Positions 25,223 to 38,025 of a stretch of 64,000 nucleotides of DNA are shown here, one piece after another. The notes under the pieces are model-generated. The model was given only the letters and a program-made list of their open reading frames with translations. It searched no databases and was not told the DNA's origin. Positions within the stretch are counted from its first letter, which is position 1, and each line of letters begins with the position of its first letter. The stretch spans positions 28,768,001 to 28,832,000 of the forward strand of contig CM022670.1 of the NCBI GenBank assembly GCA_012295275.1, written 5' to 3'. The stretch is from Chrysomallon squamiferum (lineage: Eukaryota > Animalia > Mollusca). The translations under genes were made by a program, and so were the position numbers.

Positions 25223-26092
25223 AAATTATTTGATCTGAAAAGTTTAAGAAGTGTATGTATCTATTTAGTTCACATGAAAGTGATCACAAAGACAACTGTG
25301 AAGAATAAAATGGCAGCACTCTCTTAAATCTCTTAGAACCCTTTTATTGTCATACTTTTATATCAACTAGAACTGGTCTGTAGAAACAAATAAAAGAATA
25401 ACAAGGAACTATACATTTGTATTTAAACTTTTCAAACTATCAGAGCTAAAATTAAATAACTGACAACTACATTTGTTACTATACAAAAACAAATAAGGAA
25501 AAGAACATATTTCTACATGCAGTAGGAATTTAAAACAATGAAAAGTTAAAACTGAAATAATTATGGGCACAACAGTTATTTATATTCAAATTATTTTTCA
25601 GCTATTTGACTGAGTTAAACATAAAATCAAAAATCAAAATTTCAACAAACACTTTTATTATCATTTTATACTTCCAGGTGTTTAATTGGGACACACAAAT
25701 ATAAACAGTCAAGATTCTTATTTTGAAAATCAATCAGTGAAAGATTTACCATTTTACAAACCCTAATTAACAATGTGCAGTAATGGATTTGAAAATGAAA
25801 ATCTAAATTACCTTGGCCTATTTCATCTTCAGCTGGTGGAGTTACTGTACTTTTTCTGTGTCGTTTACGTCGTGGTTTTCGCTGTTCAACATCGCTGTCA
25901 ACACCACCTGTTTGTTTCAAGTTCTTTGTTCCAGTCTGTTTTGGACTCTGAGTCAAACTTCGTCGCTTAACATAAATTTGTCTTTTTCTTCGTTTAGGTG
26001 CTTCTCTGTAAATTAGTAATTAGTAACTATTACATTAATAATAACAAATATATCTGTGTGTGTATATGTGCATGTATGTGTGCAAGATTTTG

Positions 26093-26123
<31 letters not shown>

Positions 26124-26211
26124 CATACACCAAGACACTCATATGTATATGTATGTATATATATATATATATGTAGAAGAAACATGTATATATATGTTTT
26201 ATTTATTTATT

Positions 26212-26243
<32 letters not shown>

Positions 26244-29200
26244 TGTGTGTGTGTGTGTGTTTATATGTATATATATATATTTGAATAAATTACATTTCAA
26301 TTTTTTATTTTTTTTATTAAGAATTTCTAGAATAAAAATTCCTGTCATTAGTGATAAATAATTAATCATATATTTTTTAAGCATCAGCACAAGCTCAATC
26401 AGAAGGAATTTGAAAAGAATAAACAGCTGTTTTAAATAGCTTCTTTTTCTGCAACTTCCTAAATGAATATTGATTGCTTTCAGTATAAGACATTTTCAAA
26501 TGACATTGTTGCTTGGCAGTCTTATTATTTACATCATTATTGAGTAACAGCATGTGAAGAAAACAGTCTTGTTTGCTATTGTCCAGGCACTCTTATAACA
26601 CTGTTTTCACAACAACAAATTCATGTCATGAAACATAAGCCAACAATGCCAGTTCTACCGTGTATCTGATTCTATGTTGTGTCTGACTGCATACTGTTCC
26701 ATTTTGAAAAAGGATGGATTTTACTGACTTTATTCAAACCAATTTTCAGGTTTTTTTTGCTAAAGAACCTTTGAAAGTCACCTGAAGGTATGTCTCAATA
26801 TTTCTTTTCATAATTTGAATAAAATATACATTTCCATTTTCAATCTGATGCAGTTGAAAGAAATCTAAAGATGACAATTGCTCCGACACATCCAGGAGAA
26901 GGAGCAACTTTTAGGTGCCATGTAAGCAATTTTAACACTGCCATGACTTGACCTTTGAACATGAGTTCAGATGTCTGGAATCTCAGCATTTGATTGGCTT
27001 AAACCAACATTTCCATAACCTACATGTCATTTACACAACCTAACTGAATGATTTTAGGTAATAAATACTGTTTAGTTTATTTATTAATCTGCTACATGGA
27101 ATAAAATGACTATGTGACAATAGTTTACCTCTAACAATTAGATGCAAATAATAATTTCCATGCATAGAGAATTTTATTTGTATTGCCATACAAACAAAAA
27201 TGATAATATAAAATAAAGAAAGAAATAAAAAAGAAATAATAATAATAAAATATATCTATATCTATATCTATATCTATATCTGTATCTGTATCTATATCTA
27301 TCCATCTCTCTATCTATATATATATGGTTTTGCTTAAAGCAGAATGTCCACTAAAAAAACCTACAAATCTAAGTAAATCAGATAAAATATGTACATACAC
27401 AGGTTCGGCCATGTTTGCTGAAGCAGACGGGTGAGTGGACGGAACAGGGACAGTTTCTACTGATGGCAGTTTTGAGTTTTCCGGGAGGACAGTAGAATCT
27501 GAGAGGATCTTTCTCGAACTTGTCAGCTGGGACATTATCCTCTGGCTACGCATGTTGCCCCTGGAGATGAGTCTGGACTGTGAGGTGCTCTCCATCCCAC
27601 AGACAGAATTCTGCAGATGCAACTGTGACCGGCCAGTGGCTAGAGGAATTCTGCATGGTGGACCAGGCTTCTTAAATATAGCCATCTGTGTGTTAGTTAA
27701 AATAGTCTAATAGTATCTTCCACAGACATTTCTTTGAATTTTTTTTTTTTTAATAAAATTTATAATAAAATACTGTGATGGTTTGCATTTTACAGTTTTA
27801 TATGGTGATGACAAAACAGATTTTAAAATTTTTGTGGGACCATTAGAATAAAAAAGAATACAAATAAATAAAAATAAAAAACACAAACAATCTGCTATAG
27901 TATCTATTATTATTAAAATAAATTAAATTCTGAATAATAAAAAATTATAAAAGTAAAATAATAAAACACCCTCGCCTCCAAAATTCATAAATAAAAGATA
28001 TATAAACAAAGTAGTAAGTAATCCAGTAAATAATTAAATTAAAAAAAACCCAAAGAAACAAAATATCTCTGTATTTAATCAAATTAAAAAAAACAAACAC
28101 TCACAGATTATATTTCAAACTTACAAGTCCGGAATTCTTTAACTGTTGAACCTTTTCCTCCTCTCTAGACCTCAGTGTACTGTCAGCTGACAACTGTCTC
28201 CTCTCCTCCTCTGTAGACATTGACAACACTATTGCTGCTGATGTTGCAGGTAATGATGATGCTGATGAGGGCTTTGTGCTGGGGTTTGTCACTACACTTT
28301 TACCTCGTCTTCGTGTCTGACTGCCTGTAGTACTGCCACTCATACCCCTTACTGTAACGCAAAGATACCTACTATAAAGATTTCTATAGTTAAATGTTTT
28401 AATCAAAAATATTTTTTTATATATTTAACTAAGGTAGACATTTCTAAAATAAAATATATAGTTAAGTTGGTGGGTTTTTTGACACTGAAATTAAGACTGG
28501 AGCTTGACACAAATTAAATATGACTAAATTGTCAAGGAACAGATATAAAGGTTTAAGTAATTTAGTAAAATCCTAATTCTGTTTAGCTATAACAAGAAAT
28601 TAATTCTGAAAATATATATTTGTAGGCATAATGATTTATACATATTTTCAAATTCATTCAGTGCACACACACACAAACAAAACACTAATACACACAAACA
28701 CTATATATATCTTACACTATATGAATCACACTAAACTACCCTACCGTACCCTACCCTACCCTACCCTACACTACATTATAATGCACTACACTACACTACA
28801 CCTGACTATACACTCATGCTACACCACACTACACTACACTTAACTACACTACACTAGACAACACTATACTACAGTACACTACACTATGCCAAACCACATG
28901 ACACCACATCATACACATCCACATTGATATATATGTATATGCCCATGAATGTAACATTTCTATTTACTTTTTATTTTTATTTATGCACTTTTTTATTTAT
29001 TTATTTATTATTTTACCTTCTCTGACTGGAGCAAGCTCACGTTTGAGGGGTCCATGTGTTGGTTGACGATTAAATCCTGCTCTCATGTTGGATGTACTGG
29101 CAGATTTCATGTTAGACTCACCAGACCCAAGATGTGGCATGGATCTTGAGCCCTGGTACATTGTAGAATCACCCATGTTGGCCCTAATCTGTCGATTGTT

Positions 29201-32200
29201 GGGGCCACTGGAGGCTGTGTTTTGTCTGAAAACAGAAAATAGAGTTTTCTACATATTGTCTGATTTTCAAATACAATAAAGGAAAAGACACTGATAAAGA
29301 AGTACATACTTTTGAATCCTAAATGCATAAACAACAGTTTTTATTAAAGTGCATTAACATTAACAAAAACTTTTTAAAAAACCTACAAAAGCATGTTTTT
29401 ATTAAATTGTAAGGACATATGAATTTTCTCCTGCTGCAAAACTATTCTCTTTTTATTGATTTTTTATAGAAAAATATATGTAGTTATACCCCACCCAACA
29501 TCATTAAATGTTTCCAAAAAATGTTAAAAATGCCTAAAATGACATAAACACTGTAAAACTAGTGTAAACAACTTGTGAAAGAATATCACTAAACATTAAA
29601 GAACACTAAAACACATATTTAAAGAATAATGAACACGATGAAAAAAATTCTATTTTTTACCTTGTGATTTGCCTTTAAAAATGCCTTAAGCATGACAACA
29701 AACACCTTACAATTAGTGTAAACAACATGGAGAAGTATTATACACTTTTAAAGGTTAAAGAATTTAAATTCTTAATTTGTGAAGAATATTAAATACAATT
29801 AATAAAATTATCTTATTTACCTTTAATTTAGAAACTCTTCTGCATGCAGGGTCCTGAGAGAGGTGGCGGTTGATGTAAATATTTTAACTGTTACTGCTAA
29901 TTCTTATGTATTTTATTTATTTTAAATATAACTGCTAATTCTTATGTATTTTATTTATTTTAAATATATATTTTAAAGAAAAATTTATTTATCTTAAGTC
30001 CTTTTATTTTGTTGTATGTGATGTCACTAACTGATGTAACTTTTGTTGAAATGAAATGTACTCTAGAAAAGTGGTGTGAAAGTGAATTCCATTTAAGCTG
30101 AAATGACATATAGCAGGGTAATACTGTACATATTTATATATTACACACACACACATACACAATCTTACATATGTATATGTGTGTGTGTGTGTGGATATAA
30201 AACTATAAAGAACACATCAACTATTCCAGTACCCATTTCTGACATTTGGTTTGCTGATGGAGTTTCTAGGAATTCGTGGTCCTCCGCGAATACTTCTCAG
30301 ATATCGACGCACTGAATCGAACACTCCGTTCAGACTGTTGTGTTCAGACAACGTGATACGAGTCCAAGGGTTCAAATCTCCCATGTCAAGAGCAGCAATA
30401 GCTAAAGCTTTACCCACCTAAAAAAAACATATCTAATGCAAAATCTGATACGGTTTGTAAGTATGCATAGAGAAGGGGAGATTTGGAAGGAGTAACAGAA
30501 AGAGAGAGTCAAAAGGGAAGAGAAGGAGAAGACAGAGAGAAAAGTGGATAACACAGTCCTTATAAATAAATATGTTGGGTTTTCTGTTGTTGCTTTTTTT
30601 TTAAATATAATTCAACTAATTCATTTTCTGCCATATATATAAATAAACTTTATAATTAATATCTGAAGAATTTTTATAATAATTTATTGCAATCCCAATT
30701 GAAAACCATTATGAAATTCTATTAGTGTACTGGACAAAAAATAGATACTGAAAGACAGAGATAACAAAATTTAATAATTACATCTTCAAAGTGGACTTGT
30801 GTATACTTGGGAGGAAAACCTGCCAGGGGAGGTGGTGTGGCTCGACCATCATCTCCATATGCTGGTGGAACTGGATTGACCAGCCGTCCTGTATTATAAT
30901 TACATTCCAAGGTGTAGCTGAAAGCAGAGAAGTACAACTTCATTAAATGTTTTATTCAGTCTAACTAACATTCATGTATTTTGAGTGTTAACAGTGGCCG
31001 ACTTGAAAATTGACCTGTAATCCTGTTCATCCAAAACATCAGTTTATTAGTTCCTTTATTCACTGATCTGAAGTTCAGTCCATCCTTCCAATTATTCAGA
31101 GATCTCTCTATTCATTCCTCATTCTGTCTTTCACCTAACTGGATCTATCCATCAGTGTATCAACCTACTGACTTATTCATTTATACATCCATTCATTAAG
31201 TATATCCACCAACTCATTCCATCCATTAAGTATATTAATTTATTAATTCACCCATTTATCACTCATCCATTAAATATATCCACCTACTCATTCACCCATT
31301 CATCCATTAAGTATGTCCACCTACTCACTTACTCATTTATACATCCATTCATTAAGTATATCCACCTACTCATTCCATCCATTAAGTATATTCACTTATT
31401 AATTCACGCTTTTTTCAATCCATCCATTATGTATATGCACCTATTCACTCATTTATACATCCATTCATTAAGTATATCCACCTACTCATTCCATCCATTG
31501 TGTATATTCAGTTATTAATTCACCCTTTCATCAATCCATCCATTAAGTACATCCACCTACTCACTCATTTATACATCCATCCATTACGTATATCCACCTA
31601 CTCACTCATTTATACATCCATCCATTATGTATATCCACCTACTCACTAATTTATACATACATTCATTAAGTATATCCACCTACTCACTCATTTATACATA
31701 CATTCATTAAGTATATCCACCTACTCACTCATTTATACATACATTCATTAAGTATATCCACCTACTCACTAATTTATACATATATTCATTAAGTATGCCC
31801 ACCTACTCACTCATTTATACATACATTCATTAAGTATGCCCAACTACTCACTCATTTATACATACATTCATTAAGTATGCCCAACTACTCACTCATTTAT
31901 ACATACATTCATTAAGTAAGCCCGCCTACTCACTCATTTATACTTACATTCATTAAGTATATCCACCTACTCACTCATTTATACATACATTCATTAAGTA
32001 TATCCACCTACTCACTTACTCATTTATACATCTGTCCATTAAATGTATCCACCTACTCATTCCCCCATTCATCCATTAAGTATATCCACCTACTCACTTA
32101 ACCCATTTATTCATCCATCTATCCATTAAGTACACCCACCTAGTCACATATATATTTATCCATCTGTCCATTAACTATGTCAAACAAAATACCTATGAAT

Positions 32201-35200
32201 GATTCCTATAGCTTTGTAAATGGCAACTCGACCACTGCCTTCTTTAGACATTCCATCTCTCTTGTCCCTGGAGTACATGTTGCGTTCTGAGAAGTTACAG
32301 CCCGTGAAATCAAAGTGAGCAGAATTCAGTGAGATCATTTTCGGAAAGGCCATATTTTTAACCTTAAATTAAAACAATACATTATATTTTTAACCTTAAA
32401 TTAAAACAATGCATTTTATTTTCAAGCTTAAAATAAATAAATAGATTATACTTTTAACCTTAAATTAAAACATATTAACTTTTTAAAATCTATTTAATTT
32501 GAAGTAATATCTAAAAATGTTAACCTTAATTTAAAACAAGGCATACTGTTAACTTAAAACAATTTACATTATATTTTTAATTAAATTAAAGCAATATAAT
32601 ACATTTTATCTTAAATTTAAACATATATATATTTAAAATTTTTACAGTTATTAAATTAAAACAACATATTATAGTTTTTAAACAACATAACATTTTTATT
32701 TTTAAAATCTTAAATTAAACAAGATACTATAATTTTATGATTAATTAAAAAATTATACATATTTAGCCATAGGTATATGTGAACAAGATTTCTGTTGTAT
32801 AATAGTCATTAATACTTAAATTGTTGAGTGTTCTCTATATGAAAATTTCCAAGCTTTCAGCTACATATATATACATATATATAAAATAAAATAATAAAAC
32901 TATATGTGTGAAATAATGAGTAAGCACAAATGTACCTGAGTATCTTCATCTTCAAAATAATTTCCATATATAAAGCACCCACGTTTTGAAGCATGTCCAT
33001 GTAAATCTACATAAAAAGCAATTCCACTTTCACTAGCAGGAATCTCTCGCAGTTTGGGATCTGCTAGGTGTGGAGAATTTATTGGATTACCAGAGCTGAG
33101 ATCCCCAGAATTAAACTTCCCTTCATCTTCAGAACCCTCATTACCCAAAGTGTCCTGGTCAGTATCGGAATCAAACTTGTCTCCATTGCATCGGAAATCA
33201 TCTGACATGTTCAACTCTGATAGTTTGAGTCGAAGTTCACTGTCCACTTTCCGAGGGTCGTTTTGAACATAGCTTAAAACACTGCTGCAAGATGACCGCA
33301 CATGTACCTTTGTCGCTTTCAAATCACCATTAAGATTAAGTTCATCATCACTCTGTGATGTGTTGTCATCATTCAGATCGGCCAAGTCCAGGGGCTCAAT
33401 TTTAAAAGGTTTAAAAGTGACAGGAGTAATGTCTGATTTCACTGATCTAGCCGAGCCTGCATCCCCTACCCATCTGACGTCCTCGCCCTGAACAGGTTCT
33501 GAGCTGAGACGATGAGTTGCAGACTGCGATGTGTCATTGATGCAACTAGACAGGCCACAGGTACCTGTCAGTGTGCTGTTCATTTCATCACTGCTTCGTG
33601 AGCTGGAGGATCGCTTTGTTTCCACTGACTGTTTTGAAATGTCTGGACTAGGAATGTGAGTGCTTTGGGGAAAGTCTATTTTGATATCTTCAGCCACACA
33701 ACCATCCTTTTTCACTCTGTTATGTACATGGTGATATATTAGTAAACTTTTCGATGCATATATCGATGGATGTAATTTAAAGCTAGGATCGAGATACATT
33801 CGATTGAGATTGACCCCTCTCTGGTCAGTCCTGTAGTGACCACGAACAACACCATCTGGATTTAGAATAGGAATCATTTTAAACACAAAGTTTTTGCGGA
33901 GTTCCATGGCCCGAGGGTCATTCTCCTTGAGAATGAAATCAAGAAATCCATTGAAAACAAAACTAGCTGGTGTCTCTCCTGGGTGTACTCTGCTGCTCAG
34001 CATGAAAACCTGCAGGATAATACAAGTTCATTCAAAACTGTTGGAACAAAATGTGTTTTGTGCAATTCTCATAATTATCTAATAACATATTTAATACATG
34101 CTCAAATAAAGATACTTCCTTCTTTTTATGAAATAACTAACAGACAAAAATATATTTCAATACATTTCTGGAGATGGATAGATGGACGGATGAAAGAATG
34201 ATAATTGTAATATTCATATGGTTACAAGTTCATCCTCTGACCACACCCTAAACTCATTGTGCACACACATTTATAAAGCACATCATCTGTTAAAATTATT
34301 CTGTTTTAAATATCCAAAATGACAAATATGAAATGTAAAATGGTATAAATAATTACTGGCACAGGATAGTAGTTTTATACTGTGAAGATAAGAAAAGGGA
34401 ACTGCATAAAGCTTGCCAAGTGGAATCTCAGTTTGTGAACATTTGAAATGATGTAACCAGCTAAAAATATATGATTGTATTTTATGAAAATGGCTTAAGG
34501 ATAATTATAAATACAATTGTTAACATTTACTCGTTTTCCTTTGAACTGTCGACATCTTGGTTGGTCTTTATCAGGAAACAGTCTGCTGTCAAATCGAGGC
34601 TCTCGTTCAGAGCACATGCCATGACATGACGACACAGTGACAAGATCAACTCGTCTCTTGTCTAATGTATAACATAGCAGTTCTCTGTGATAGTAGATAG
34701 CATTTGGTGGGCTGAAAAATGCAAATATTAAATTTGTTTTATTAATTTCAAATATATTAAACATTATTCATAAGCTTACTAACATTCTTGTTCATTATAT
34801 GATTCAGTAGTTGTAAATGGTTAGTTTGAAATATTATATTAAAAATTACTTTTAAGATTACTAATAACATAGTTCAGTAAGTTATATACAGATGTAAATG
34901 GGGTGAAATACAGAATTATAGAGTAAAAAAAATTGTTATTTCATAATAACGTATTCATGATACTTATTCAGTAATTAATATAGAAGTTGTGTGAAGACTG
35001 AAATTTTATATATTAGAGATTAAAAAAATGTTCATCCTTCTCACTCTTTAATACAATAGTTATAGGTGAGATGATATTTTAATATCAGAGATTAAAAATG
35101 TAATAGTTTGAAATGTCACACTCATAATTATTTGTAGGTTACAAAAAATCATATTCTTATTCAGTAATTAATATAGATGTGTATATATATATAGTGGTCA

Positions 35201-38025
35201 AAAATAAAATAAAATAATATTCAAATGATCTTGTATGCATATTAAAAAAACATATTTCTTCAGTATGTAATAAAATAAGTGATGATGAGGCACTCAAACC
35301 AATAAAATTAGAAATTAGAAATAAATATAATGAATTTTATTTCACAATTTTTTTTTATACTACTACAAGTAAATAAGTAAAAACATTATTTAAATATATA
35401 TTATTGTTGAAATGTATTTTATTATTTAAAAATGTATTATTACCTGTCAGGAGAAAGATTTTTGCAATACTCAAATTTCTTGTCTAGTTGTTGCAGCTTT
35501 TCTTGAGATTCTGTTTGAGACCAAGGAAAACAGAAAGCAAAATATGTAGTAGCTCCTTTCAGATCAGGGAAACGATATGTGAATGACAAATTGAACTGAC
35601 CATCAACTGTCTGAAAAAAAATTAAATAAATAAAAAATAAATAAAAATAAAAATAATAATACATTCTGAAAAGACATTTTCACTTCAGTTCTCTTCTTTT
35701 AAACTAACAAATAAATTATCATGTGAATGCAAATAAATGTACCAATTAACATAAACTTAAGATAAAGATATATAATAATCATTTAATTTTTAAGATAACG
35801 ACATATAATATAAATGTGGGATAAACATATTCTAATTCACTACACATCAAATACAAGGAGTGATATACAGTAAATCAAATTAATCTAAATAAAGAACTGA
35901 AATATTTAACTTCTTCAGTGTGTCATTTCCCAATCTAAACCTTCATTTAGAGAAAGTGGGTTTACTTTCTCATTAAGACATCTATTCAACATCTTTTATT
36001 ATCATTAACAGCCATTACACAAATATTTATTTAATAATTTTTAACTTGAGAGATTTCTACCTCATAAACGGGTCTGTCTCGTATGCGTTCCCACTTTAAT
36101 TTTCCTGGCAGTGTGCGGGTGAGGGGTGCATACCCTTGGCTGTAAAGCTTCCCCTGTCTGTTCATGTTCAAAATGTTTATTTTTATTAGCCGTCCTGGGC
36201 TCCATCCTCTCACTCCAAAATAGAACCATGATCTGAAAACAAGTGTTAAAATATTGAACAAAAACATACTCCACATGTGATTGCTGCATAGAGTTTAATA
36301 AATTGTCTAAATACATTTTGAATATTTTCATGTGATTGCTTTTTTTTGTTCCAGGAGAACAGTTTTTTTATATGAAAAAAAATATGAAATAAAATAATGC
36401 AATAAAACTATTTTAAATAAACATGAAAATGAAAAAGGAGACAAATTCAACAATATGAAGGCTTCATTTTTTTGGTCTTTCTTATATAATGTCTCATCAT
36501 AGACATTCTTAAAAAATGCCAGTAAAACAATAAAAATGTTAAGCCAACCCTTCAGCAGACAGCATATCTGATATTTTCTGTCAGTTTAAAAGAACTAACT
36601 ATACTAACTCCATGCTTACTCACATTATTGTCATACTTTATTATCAGCAAACATTTGACTGTAGTAAATTAAGCAACTACTTTGAAGAACATAAATTGTA
36701 TATAGATTCTTTGTTCCCAAGAATTTATCTGCAGTTACCAAATATCCTAATGAGATTTTAAACTGATCTGATTCAGTTTGTGGCCACAATAAAGTTAAAA
36801 GTAAAATTTCAAAAAAAAAATAACTGCTTTGAAGGATGTATTCTGTATTTAAGGTGTTAGTTAACACCATATAAATTTTAACTGCAATAATGGAAAACAG
36901 ATTTGTAATTAACCTTTCAAACTCTAAATTTAATTAAACTAAATTTATTACATTCAGTGAGAGAAAAAGCAGCACTATAACCTTTTCACATTTTATGTCC
37001 ACAGATGCCACTATTTTCATGCAAATTATTAGAACACAGTTTGAATGAGTAGTAGCATATTATAAAAAAAAATTTAAATCCTCAAACATTTAACTGCAAA
37101 ATGTAAATTGAAGATCATAAAATACAAACTGAAATTGTCACACATAGTTTATATGAGCCCAAAAATGTTTTATACTGGTTGTTATTAATAATAAAAAAAA
37201 ATTGATGCATGCTTTAGACTGAGATAAAGGCAGAAAGCACCGGTATTAATATGTATTGAGACAAAATACCTATTTGCATTTTCAAACTCTGTTCCAGCTG
37301 CATCTGGTCTTGTCCAAACATTAAATTCATAATCAGGTTTGATTTCACTGCTAGTAATAAAGTTGCGGTCAACTGAAAAAATAAACAAAATAAATAACAA
37401 TAGAAATAAAACTTATTTATAAAATATGAATAAACATATTTTATAACTAAAATTTAAAGGGTATTTAGTTTTATTATGTCATCTTTTAACAGTTACAGAA
37501 ATGGGTTTTGAGAACTAGATATATATGCACACTATGAAAATTGAATAATGTAAGCTAGTTTTATTACAACAAATGAACAAATTAATTTCATTTGACAAAA
37601 TAATTAATAAATGACACCTTTAGTATCAAATATATATAATAAAAAAAATCATGTTTACTATTAAGGAAATGTGCAGCCATCATTCCAAAGCCCCTTTTTA
37701 AAATAAACACAAAGGAATATTTTACTGGACAGAAAAGTAAATATAGGGGACAAATCCCACTAGCTATCACTCCTAATTCATAGTTTCAAACTAGTGATGT
37801 ATTAAAGAGTGCACCAGAATAAAATAAAGGATATCCTCAACTTTTTAAATGTGAAAAACCTTTATTTTAAAAAACTTTAAAATTTTAATCTAAATAGAAA
37901 AAAGAAAGTGATTTACATTTACCTGTCGCTTCATCCTCCTCCTCTTTAGAAACCTTTTCTACACGAGCCAAGTTGCCTGAGTCAAACTTTGAAGTAAACA
38001 CCAGATTGCCAAACCGAAAATCCAT
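20573..38025 (-). CDS. AGBL5: Cytosolic carboxypeptidase-like protein 5 (CCP5, tubulin deglutamylase, M14 family), ~1150 aa
   Basis: Exons 38025-37923, 37372-37270, 36232-36061, 35610-35444, 34711-34531, 34009-32936, 32362-32193, 30917-30782, 30417-30233, 29225-29017, 28351-28125, 27685-27399, 26005-25812, (23511-23491), 22993-22921, 21020-20939, 20662-20573, all in phase. Motifs: [36 protein letters not shown] (Zn H/E), [33 protein letters not shown]. The low-complexity C-terminal exons are less certain. Confidence 0.93.
23491..23511 (-). CDS. Candidate 21-nt symmetric microexon of AGBL5 (GLYQSGL)
   Basis: TTGCATTTTATTTGTCTTCCTACAG|GCTTATATCAAAGTGGTCTAG|GTCAGG; phase 1-1 and open in the AGBL5 frame. 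Confidence 0.55.
   Translation of the reverse strand, partial: AYIKVV
24577..24630. repeat. (TAA)n microsatellite
   Basis: About 18 TAA units. Similar tracts occur at 41389-41422, 54904-54937 and 55866-55908. Confidence 0.95.
26056..26280. repeat. Compound (GT)/(CA)/(TA) microsatellite
   Basis: Alternating GT, AC, AT and GT tracts. A similar degenerate GT tract lies at 23207-23330. Confidence 0.9.
28731..28920. repeat. Degenerate pentamer satellite (CTACC/CTACA)n
   Basis: Runs of ctaccctaccctacc grading into ctacactacactaca. Confidence 0.85.
31170..32175. repeat. Intronic 41-bp minisatellite (~1 kb) in AGBL5
   Basis: Unit TCCACCTACTCACTCATTTATACATACATTCATTAAGTATA with starts at 31634, 31675, 31716 and so on. 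The core is homogeneous and the edges are degenerate. Confidence 0.95.
32352..32760. repeat. Degenerate ~32-bp AT-rich tandem array overlapping an AGBL5 splice acceptor
   Basis: ATATTTTTAACCTTAAATTAAAACAATACATT repeated with period 32 (AACCT at 32360 and 32392), decaying toward 32760. Confidence 0.8.

Noticed and set aside
31170-32175. 41-bp array as a CRISPR-like locus
   Set aside because: Units are contiguous with no unique spacers, the setting is a eukaryotic intron, and there are no cas genes.
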